From assembly GCA_963823665.1 (NCBI GenBank), contig CAWGMQ010000004.1:1504001-1568000 (forward strand): a stretch of 64,000 nucleotides of DNA, given 5' to 3'. Of this stretch, positions 32,250-42,400 are shown piece after piece (the stretch's first letter is position 1; each line of letters opens with the position of its first letter). The stretch comes from an uncultured Planctomycetota bacterium. Lineage in GTDB: Bacteria; Planctomycetota; Planctomycetia; Isosphaerales; Isosphaeraceae. Made by a program: the position numbers and the translations under genes. The notes beneath the pieces are model-generated. The model did no database searches. It worked only from the letters and a program-made list of their open reading frames with translations, and was not told the DNA's origin.

Positions 32250-33905
32250 TCAGTCCTCTGCGCGGGCTGGCGCTTGATCCCGCGGCGCCGGTTTGACTTC
32301 TCGCCAGCGTGTCTTCGACGAGGCGGCCTGATTCGAGCGAATCGGGGCGTCTTCCTCGCTGAATTCACGCTCCCGAACGGGTGTTTCCTGAGCCGCGTCC
32401 GTGCGGTCCCCGGCGCCAAGGTCAACGCGATCGTGTCCGGGCAGCTCGCTTTGTCCGGAATTCTCCGCCCTCGCCGACAGATCGCGCGTGGGTTGCCAGG
32501 AGGCGCGCCGAGTAGTTCCCGATGCAGCGACGGGTTTCCGCTGCGTGCGTGTGGTGATCGGGTCGGCGATTCCCATCAAGCTCGGTGCTGGAACCATGAG
32601 GTCGCCGTCGTCGCGATCGGCGCGGCGCGCTACGGGCTCATCGGAATCGGGCGTCTGGGAGCGCACGACCGATCCGGGCCCATTTCGCAGTGGCTGGCCA
32701 GGCGTTCGTCGATCCGCCAAAACGGTGCCCGAATCGCCGCGGATCGGCGCATAAAGCGAGGCGAGATCGTTTTTATCGAGAATACGGTAGATTGATCGCG
32801 GAGTCGCGTAGAGTCCGTGATTTCCCTGGGGCTCCGCGAAGTTGCAAACGCCCACGACGTATCCGTCCATCGTATAGAGGCCCCCGCCGGAACGCCCTTC
32901 CTTGGGGGCAACGTCGCATTCGATCGCTTCATAGTTCGGATTGCCCGACAGGAAGTTCAGGATTCGGGGCCGACGCACGCGCGTGTGCCACACGGTGGCG
33001 TCATGTCCCTCCGGGCAGCCCACCGCAACGACCTTCATCCGCGACTGCAGGTCCCACGACGCCGGCACAACCCGCGACGCGGGCAACTGCCGCCCCGGTT
33101 TCATCCGGATCAAGCCGACATCGAGCGTGAAGTCGTAATCAACGGCCTTGCCTTCAACGGATTCCGCGTAGTGCACGCGGGCCGGGTCAGTTCCTTCGAG
33201 CCTGCCGTCGAAGAGGTCGATCACGATCCGCCGCGGAAACTTGGACGGAGGAGGTGTCTGTTTGCGTCCGTCGAGCTTGAAAATGTGCGCACAGGTGAGA
33301 ACCAGCGACTCCTCGGGAGTACTGTAGATCACCGTGCCCGATCCGAAACCTTTCGTGCGTTCGCCGATGACCTGGATGCGCACGACGGATTCCCAGGGCT
33401 TGGGATTGCTGAAAGTGGGCTCGGCGCGTTCCGCGTCCTCAACCCCGCGCGCGGCCACTCTGCGCCTTGGGCTGCGATCGGCATCGACATCCCTATCTTC
33501 GCCCTCCTCTTCATCCCCCGAACGGCGATCGCCGCGCGAGGCAACCAGCAGGCTCGCGTCGGCAGGCGGCCGTGCCTTGGCTGCACACGATTTGTAAAAG
33601 CGTGCCAGGTCGCCCGCCGAGCGAGGCCCGGAAAGTCGACCGAGCTCGCGGCCGTCACGATCGACAACGACAAAGGCAGGCACGGCTTCCACGCGGTACC
33701 GGCGCTGCAGGTCGGGTTCCTCGTCGATGTCGATTCGCTTGACCGGATAACCGTCGCGGATCAACTCCTCGACGGCGGGCCGGGCCTTGTGACACGGACC
33801 ACACCACTGCGCATGAAAGTTGAGCAGGACTGCTCCGGAGCTTGAATCACTCGATGGCGCGCCAGCGACGGACAAGAAAGCGAGCAGCAAGGGGGCGATG
33901 CTCAT
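32250..33905 (-). CDS. Exported thioredoxin-domain + trypsin-like serine protease
   Basis: Signal peptide; WCGPC; LTCAH ... LDVGLI ... GRSGGG triad; AAGGAG SD. Confidence 0.87.
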   Translation of the reverse strand: MSIAPLLLAFLSVAGAPSSDSSSGAVLLNFHAQWCGPCHKARPAVEELIRDGYPVKRIDIDEEPDLQRRYRVEAVPAFVVVDRDGRELGRLSGPRSAGDLARFYKSCAAKARPPADASLLVASRGDRRSGDEEEGEDRDVDADRSPRRRVAARGVEDAERAEPTFSNPKPWESVVRIQVIGERTKGFGSGTVIYSTPEESLVLTCAHIFKLDGRKQTPPPSKFPRRIVIDLFDGRLEGTDPARVHYAESVEGKAVDYDFTLDVGLIRMKPGRQLPASRVVPASWDLQSRMKVVAVGCPEGHDATVWHTRVRRPRILNFLSGNPNYEAIECDVAPKEGRSGGGLYTMDGYVVGVCNFAEPQGNHGLYATPRSIYRILDKNDLASLYAPIRGDSGTVLADRRTPGQPLRNGPGSVVRSQTPDSDEPVARRADRDDGDLMVPAPSLMGIADPITTRTQRKPVAASGTTRRASWQPTRDLSARAENSGQSELPGHDRVDLGAGDRTDAAQETPVREREFSEEDAPIRSNQAASSKTRWREVKPAPRDQAPARAED

Positions 33906-34602
33906 GCCGCCAGGACTCCTTTCCCTCGGGATAGTTCGCAGGCCAGCGTCGACAGGACGCCGTAGCGGGGATGGACCAGCTCCGTGTGACCCGCCCCCAG
34001 ACGAGGCTGGTCAGCACTTCCTGGTTGGGCCGCTCTGCGCAGGGCGTGCTGCTGTCCCCCGGGTCGCTCTCCAAGGCAAGGGCGTGCCTCGCTCGGAAAA
34101 CCCGGACGGACCGCGTCCGCGGATGCGGACGTCTTCGCCGAAAGAAGCAGATGTGGCACGAGATGACGGGCGACGTGCCGGGGAGTTTGTCTGTCCCCGA
34201 CCCTTCCTTGGGCGGCGCGCCTCGGAACGAGGGCCCCGCGACACACCATCTTGGCGCGGCGCGTCCCGCCGTTTGTACCAACCGCCCGGCCGCCCTGCAT
34301 CTGGTTTAACCCGATGCTGCCGGCGGCCGGAGAATGGCCGAACGACGGTGCCACGGCTTTCGCGAATTCCCTCCTGGCCTCTGACCCCCCACGACTTCCA
34401 GTCGAGGGTGTGCGAGATCCCGAGGGGTTCGCGTTCACCGCGGTGAGCCCCTTTTACTAGGAGTAGACAAGGAGTACCAGATCAGTTGTCGGCTTTTTGG
34501 CTGACCGGACTTGAGAATGATCCGGCGGCCGCCGCAAAAAAAGGAACTTGTCTGCTCCGAGGCTCGCCTCATCTGTCTAGTTCTTCTTGGCTTGGAGCCA
34601 GC

Positions 34603-35250
34603 TCAAGGCGCGAGCTCTTTGATCTCGATGTCCTTGTACCGAACCTCCATCGGAGGACCAACGTGCACCTGCAGCGCGATGATTCCAACTTTGTCGAATT
34701 CGGGATCCTCGCGATCGATGACGCGCGTCCCGTTCAAGTCGATTGTTACGTGCTGCCCCTTGGCTGTGATCACGAATTCGTTCCAATCATCCTTCTTTAC
34801 CAATTCCTTGGCCTTCTCCTCCGGGTAACGCTCGAGGATTCCACGACCTCTCTCCTCGTAAAGCAGACCCCAGAAGCCTTCGGCGACATCCGCCTGAGGC
34901 CCGGAAACGACACCGTCATCGGTGCGCTTACTGCGGAACTGAATGCCCGAATTGCCGTTCTTGTACTTGACCTTGGCCTTCAGCACGAAATCGCCGTATT
35001 TCTTCTCAGTCGCGAGAAACTCGTTTTTCTTGAGGTCGCCCATGGTCCGACCGACAATCTCGCCATCCTCGACGACAAACAGCGACTTGTCCTCCGGCGT
35101 CACCCAGCCAGCCAGATCCTTGCCGTTAAAAAGCCGGCGAAATTGCGCCTGATCGTCCGCCCGTGCGTTCTGCACCGGAGGCAATCCCGCGGAGCGGAGC
35201 GAGAACAGACAGAACAAAACCACTCCGGCATTACGTGTCGTGGACGTCAT
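34603..35250 (-). CDS. DUF1080 / 3-keto-disaccharide hydrolase family protein
   Basis: LFNGKDLAGW, YGDFVL, NSGIQFRS, WNEF.I, IALQVH, YKDI.IKEL. Start 35250 preferred over 35349. Confidence 0.9.
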   Translation of the reverse strand: MTSTTRNAGVVLFCLFSLRSAGLPPVQNARADDQAQFRRLFNGKDLAGWVTPEDKSLFVVEDGEIVGRTMGDLKKNEFLATEKKYGDFVLKAKVKYKNGNSGIQFRSKRTDDGVVSGPQADVAEGFWGLLYEERGRGILERYPEEKAKELVKKDDWNEFVITAKGQHVTIDLNGTRVIDREDPEFDKVGIIALQVHVGPPMEVRYKDIEIKELAP

Positions 35251-36413
35251 GGGATGAACCCTTCTCAGTGAATCCGCAGATCGTTCGTCCAGCCTTGCCA
35301 ACGATTTTGTCGTCCGCGATCGGACTTCCCTTGCGGCACGTTTGGTCACGCTGCTCGATTCTGCCGCGGTCCGCGCCGTCGGTCAATCACCGAGTCTGGT
35401 GGTTGTGATGCTCGGCGCCGACAGGGTTTCGCGATGTTTCGATGAACTTCAATAATTTTCGCACCCTTTCCGTGCGGCTTTGCGGGGTAAGTGATCGATG
35501 AACCACTTGATCGGCGAATCGATGAAGTTGAGAACCGCGTTCGAAAATGTCCGGATATATGCCGAACTCCCAAGAACCGGCGCGGTTTGCAACGTACACA
35601 CTGCGGCTCTGCGTGCTCGCGTCAAATTGCGCGAATGTTGCCGAAATACCTCACGCGTCGATTACAGGAAACTCCAAACGGAGAGGCACTGTGGTTTCCA
35701 GCCAGAAACGACAGCATTAAGCCAAAGGTGCACCCGAGACCGCCATTTCAGGGCATAACATGACGAATTTGCCTTTTTTTTTGCGCTACGATCTTGCAAT
35801 CTAGCGCAAGAAATATACTATTTTGATCGGAGCCACTGTGCACAGCGAACGGTGCCAATCACAAGGAACTACAACACACGACGTGAGGTGCTGCTGGCGA
35901 TGTTATCTGGGTACTACTCGCTCTTTTTCGGGGCTTCCTGGAGCATTCGATTGGAGTGACCTGGGTGAATCGCTGAGTTCAACGACAAGGGTCAAGCAAT
36001 CTACAACCATGCGCACTCGGCCATCATTGCGGTCCTGAAATGGTCCGAAATGTGCAGAGTTGCTTCGATGTGACCACGCCATCTGGGGCGAGCCAGATGG
36101 GGTGCGGCTTCCCCGTCGCTCAACGGCTTTGTACAGCCAGCGACGGACATGTTCGACATGTGCCGCATCCAGGATTGAATTCCTTCAGGAGTTTTGAGTG
36201 CACGTTCAATCCCGGGGCTGCGGCGGCGTAGTCGCCAAAGCCCGTCCTCCGGCAAACACAACCCCAGGAACGGTGTCGAAATGGAATTCGATGACCGTCG
36301 TCTGCTCCCGCAGAGCGTTCTCCATGTTCGTCCCGCAGCCGACGTGATCCGTCGGGCTGGCAAAAATCTGTGTTCGTCGAATTTTTACATCTGAATCCAA
36401 TTTGAGGATCCAT

Positions 36414-39400
36414 ATGAAGTTGCAACACCGGATTGGTCGCTCGGTCGCTCGTCGAAGCCGGAAGCTTCAGAATACCCAGCCTTCAGTCGAGTTCGTGGAG
36501 CCCAGGGTGCTCATGGCCACTGGTTTCATCCAGGGCTACGACCTCAACAACGGCGTCGCGATCAACGACGCGACGATCCAGCTCGAGAACACCAACCCGG
36601 TATCCTACACCACGACTACGACCAACGCGAGCGGTTACTTTCAGTTCAACAACCTCGCCCCGGGCAACTACGTTGTCACCCCGACCGCGGCGGGCTACAT
36701 CTCGAACAGTGTCAAAATCCAGACGACTGTCAATCCGGCTAACGAGGTCGTCAATCCCGATGGCAGCATAGGGGTCGACGTCACCGTCGAAAATCCCGCC
36801 AGCGAGAGTGTCAAGGTGACTAACTACGAGTTTTCCGGTGGCGGCAGTCTCTATTACCAACTGAATTCAACAGCAAACAACCCAGCCAGCGAGGACACTA
36901 TCACACAGGCGAACAACGCAGGAGCGTTTGACGCGACTCTCGTCGACCCGACGACGGGACAGGCCGACACGAGCATCGTAACATACTGTTCCGACTTGTC
37001 GAACGGGCTTAGCGTAGGCCAGTTGTTCACGGTGACGCCCAGCCTGACGCCTAGCCTGACACCCCAGACGCCCGGGTCCCCCGCCACGACCCAGCCCGGC
37101 CTGGCGACGAACATCGGGCTAATAGGATATCTCTATAACACTTATGGGACGACCCTCTCGCCGGGAATTCCGCCGGCGGATACGGATAGTCCCGCCCCGA
37201 CCGCTTCAGAATTAGCATGCGGCCTGCAGGTCGCGCTCTGGACTCTCGAATACAACCAGGATGTCGGCAGCGTGACGACCACGACCACGGTGAGCGCGAC
37301 CGACCCGTTCTTCGTCAATACGACAACATCGTCCTCGGAAGTCATCGACGCGGCCAACGCCTACCTTGCCGACGCAGCGCAGGCCGCCGCACACGGCAAT
37401 TCTCAGGATTTGTATTTCCTGGATCTCGATACGAAAACCGAACAGAACCCCGACGCTGACTCCGGTCAGAGTCTGATGAGCACGGATATGCTCACCTTTA
37501 CGTCGCAGCCAACGGCTAGCGTGAGCACGGCGATTTATAACGCAGCGACGAATCAGGCGATAACCGGCAACCAGCCGCTCGGCACGTCGGTGTATGACAC
37601 GGCGGCGGTGACGACGGTGACTGGCGCGCCCACGCCCTCCGGGACGCTCACGTACTACTTCTACAACACGGCGACCCCGGTCTACGGCACGACGACTCCG
37701 GTGGGTACGCCCCAGACAGTCTCGCTGCTGCCTGACGGCAGCGTGCCCAACTCGTTGCCGACCGCACCGCTAGGCGCCGGAGCAGAGTCGTTCATCGGGG
37801 TCTACAACGGTGACAGTCATTACGCGATCGCAGTTGGAGCGGTCGAACCGCTCTCGATCAACAAGGCGACGATCACCCTCAACACGACGATCTACAACGC
37901 CGCCAATAATTCGGTGGTCACCGGAGCCTTGCCTCTGGGCTCGTCGGTGTACGATACCGCCAGCTTCACCGGCGCCGTCGCGGGCTTCACGCCCGACATC
38001 ACCCAGGTGAGTTACACATTCACGAGCCCGAGCGGCACCGCCGGGGCCGGGAGTGGTGCCCAATCGAGTACGGAAGGGCCGCTGGGCGCGGGCAGCTACA
38101 AGTTTGACGCTTCCTTCGCCGGCGACGCGAACTACAATCTGGCAGTCAGCGGCGACGAGCCGCTCTCGATCAGCAAGGCGACGATCACCCTCAACACGAC
38201 GATCTACAACGCCGCCAATAATTCGGTGGTCACCGGAGCCTTGCCTCTGGGCTCGTCGGTGTACGATACCGCCAGCTTCACCGGCGCCGTCGCGGGCTTC
38301 ACGCCCGACATCACCCAGGTGAGTTACACATTCACGAGCCCGAGCGGCACCGCCGGGGCCGGGAGTGGTGCCCAATCGAGTACGGAAGGGCCGCTGGGCG
38401 CGGGCAGCTACAAGTTTGACGCTTCCTTCGCCGGCGACGCGAACTACAATCTGGCAGTCAGCGGCGACGAGCCGCTCTCGATCAGCAAGGCGACGATCAC
38501 CCTCAACACCACGATCTACAACGCCGCCAATAATTCGGTGGTGACCGGAGCCTTGCCCCTGGGCTCGTCAGTGTACGATACGGCCAGCTTCACCGGCGGC
38601 GTCGCCGGCTTCACGCCCGACATCACCCAGGTGAGTTACACATTCACGAGCCCGAGCGGCACCGCCGGGGCCGGGAGTGGTGCCCAATCGAGTACGGAAG
38701 GGCCGCTGGGCGCGGGCAGCTACAAGTTTGACGCTTCCTTCGCCGGCGACGCGAACTACAATCTGGCAGTCAGCGGCGACGAGCCGCTCTCGATCAGCAA
38801 GGCGACGATCACCCTCAACACCACGATCTACAACGCCGCCAATAATTCGGTGGTGACCGGAGCCTTGCCCCTGGGCTCGTCAGTGTACGATACGGCCAGC
38901 TTCACCGGCGGCGTCGCCGGCTTCACGCCCGACATCACCCAGGTGAGTTACACATTCACGAGCCCGAGCGGCACCGCCGGGGCCGGGAGTGGTGCCCAAT
39001 CGAGTACGGAAGGGCCGCTGGGGGCGGGCAGCTACAAGTTTGACGCTTCCTTCGCCGGCGACGCGAACTACAATCTGGCAGTCAGCGGCGACGAGCCGCT
39101 CTCGATCAACAAAGCGACCATCACCCTCAACACGACGATCTACAACGCCGCCAATAATTCGGTGGTGACCGGAGCCTTGCCCCTGGGCTCGTCAGTGTAC
39201 GATACGGCCAGCTTCACCGGCGGCGTCGCCGGCTTCACGCCCGACATCACCCAGGTGAGTTACACATTCACGAGCCCGACCGGCACCGCTGCGGCCGGGA
39301 GTGGTGCCCAATCGAGTACGGAAGGGCCGCTGGGGGCGGGCAGCTACAAGTTTGACGCTTCCTTCGCCGGCGACGCGAACTACAATCTGGCAGTCAGCGG

Positions 39401-42400
39401 CGACGAGCCGCTCTCGATCAACAAAGCGACCATCACCCTCAACACGACGATCTACAACGCCGCCAATAATTCGGTGGTGACCGGAGCCTTGCCCCTGGGC
39501 TCGTCAGTGTACGATACGGCCAGCTTCACCGGCGGCGTCGCCGGCTTCACGCCCGACATCACCCAGGTGAGTTACACATTCACGAGCCCGACCGGCACCG
39601 CGGGGGCCGGGAGTGGTGCCCAATCGAGTACGGAAGGGCCGCTGGGTGCGGGCAGCTACAAGTTTGACGCTTCCTTCGCCGGCGACGCGAACTACAATCT
39701 GGCAGTCAGCGGCGACGAGCCGCTCTCGATCAACAAGGCGACGATAACCCTCAACACCACGATCTACAACGCCGCCAATAATTCGGTGGTCACCGGAGCC
39801 TTGCCTCTGGGCTCGTCGGTGTACGATACCGCCAGCTTCACCGGCGCCGTCGCGGGCTTCACGCCTGCCATCAGCCAGGTGAGTTACACATTCACGAGCC
39901 CGACCGGCACCGCGGGGGCCGGGAGTGGTGGCCAATCGACTACGGAAGGGCCGCTGGGTGCGGGCAGCTACAAGTTTGACGCTTCCTTCGCCGGCGACGC
40001 GAACTACAATCTCGCGGTCAGCGGCGACGAGCCGCTCTCGATCAACAAGGCGACGATCACCCTCAACACCACGATCTACAACGCCGCCAATAATTCGGTG
40101 GTCACCGGAGCCTTGCCTCTGGGCTCGTCGGTGTACGATACCGCCAGCTTCACCGGCGCCGTCGCGGGCTTCACGCCTGCCATCAGCCAAGTGAGTTACA
40201 CATTCACGAGCCCGACCGGCACCGCGGGGGCCGGGAGTGGTGGCCAATCGACTACGGAAGGGCCGCTGGGTGCGGGCAGCTACAAGTTTGACGCTTCCTT
40301 CGCCGGCGACGCGAACTACAATCTCGCGGTCAGCGGCGACGAGCCGCTCTCGATCAACAAGGCGACCATCACCCTCAACACCACGATCTACAACGCCGCC
40401 AATAATTCGGTGGTCACCGGAGCCTTGCCTCTGGGCTCGTCGGTGTACGATACCGCCAGCTTCACCGGCGCCGTCGCGGGCTTCACGCCTGCCATCAGCC
40501 AGGTGAGTTACACATTCACGAGCCCGACCGGCACCGCGGGGGCCGGGAGTGGTGGCCAATCGACTACGGAAGGGCCGCTGGGTGCGGGCAGCTACAAGTT
40601 TGACGCTTCCTTCGCCGGCGACGCGAACTACAATCTCGCGGTCAGCGGCGACGAGCCGCTCTCGATCAACAAGGCGACGATCACCCTCAACACCACGATC
40701 TACAACGCCGCCAATAATTCGGTGGTCACCGGAGCCTTGCCTCTGGGCTCGTCGGTGTACGATACCGCCAGCTTCACCGGCGCCGTCGCGGGCTTCACGC
40801 CTGCCATCAGCCAGGTGAGTTACACATTCACGAGCCCGACCGGCACCGCGGGGGCCGGGAGTGGTGGCCAATCGACAACGGAAGGGCCGCTGGGTGCGGG
40901 CAGCTACAAGTTTGACGCTTCCTTCGCCGGCGACGCGAACTACAATCTCGCGGTCAGCGGCGACGAGCCGTTGACGATCAGCCAGGGTGTGACCGGTCAG
41001 GGCGTAGCGAGCGTGAACACGACGATCTACGATTCGTCGGGCGGAGCGGTGACGAAAGCGTTGGGTGAGAAGGTGTACGACACGGCGACGGTGACGGGCA
41101 CGCCGTTCACGCCGACTGGGACGGTGACGTACTACTTCTACAACACCGCGAGTCCGGTGTATGGCACGACGACGCCGGTGGGAACGCCGCAGAAAGTGAC
41201 GCTGGGCGCCAACGCGAGCGTTCCAAATTCGGCGACGACTGCGGGATTGACCGCAGGGAGCTACTCGTTCATTGCGTACTACAGTGGCGATAGTAACTAC
41301 ACGGGATACGCGGGTGCGGTCGAGCCGTTGACGATCAACAAAGGTTCGTCGAACGTGAGCACCACGATCTTGGATTGTGGCGGCGGAGCGGTGACGAGTG
41401 CGCTGGGCGAGAAGGTGTACGACACGGCGACGGTGACGGGCACGCCGTTCACACCGACGGGGACGGTGACGTACTACTTCTACAACACCGCGAGCCCGGT
41501 GTATGGCACGACAACGCCGGTGGGCACGCCGCAGAAAGTGACGCTGAATGCCAACGGGAGCGTGCCGAACTCGGCAACGACGGCGGCACTCGGAGCCGGC
41601 GGCTACTCATTCATTGGAGTCTACAGCGGTGACAGCAACTACAACGGGTACCAGGGCGCGATCGAGCCGTTGACGATAGGCAAGGCCAGTCCGTCGATCA
41701 CGACGTCCCCGAATCCGACCGTCTTCACAATCGGCACTTCGTGCGGCCCACTGACGGACTCGGCAACAATTTCCGGTGGCTCAAACCCCGGCGGCACGAT
41801 CACGTTCACTCTGTATGCCCCAGGTTGCAACACGCCGGTGGACACGGAAACGGTCAATGTCACGAGCGGTGACGGCACCTACACCACGCCCAAGGGCTAC
41901 GCACTTCCCTCGAATCCGACGCCCGGCGTCTACCAGTGGGATGCGACGTATAACGGTGATAGCAACAACAACAAGGCAATCGACTCCGGCAACGCGTGGG
42001 AGCAGGTCGAGGTGGTCTCGCCGTGCTGCAACGACGTGTCGAATGTCTCGTTCTCGTTGACGAACAACGGCAAGACCACGACGGTCAGCGACCTCTCGGG
42101 TAACACCCAGCAGGGCGAGACCGTGACCGCAAACTTCACGGTACCCGCGGGCTACTACGACCAGCTCACGCTCGTGACGTACACAGCCCCTGAGGGGTGG
42201 TACAACGCCGACGACGCCAACCTGCAGGTCGTCTCATCGGTCGTGACCGGCTTCTTCGGACCGGGTGCGCACACGCTCGGCCCCGTCACGATCCCAAACT
42301 CGTTCTACCAGATCGACTTCGTCTGCGGCAGTGTGATCACCACGCTTGGCCCCGAATCGACGAACCCCAACAACTTCTACCACGCTCAGAACCGCTTCAT

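Noticed and set aside
36245..36290. GGCAAAC motif as a c-di-GMP-I riboswitch upstream of the adhesin
   Set aside because: Lacks the GNRA-capped P2 and the following GACGCAAAG/P3 elements.
39504..40871. Long antisense/alternative-frame ORFs (also 6026-7147, 8399-9499, 10932-12272, 14803-16035, 51386-52594, 56344-57810)
   Set aside because: Shadow ORFs expected in high-GC coding DNA; Arg/Gly-rich with no motifs.
37857..40976. Long regular repeat array as a possible CRISPR
   Set aside because: Units are 312 bp, in frame, with no unique spacers and no cas genes; they encode protein domains.
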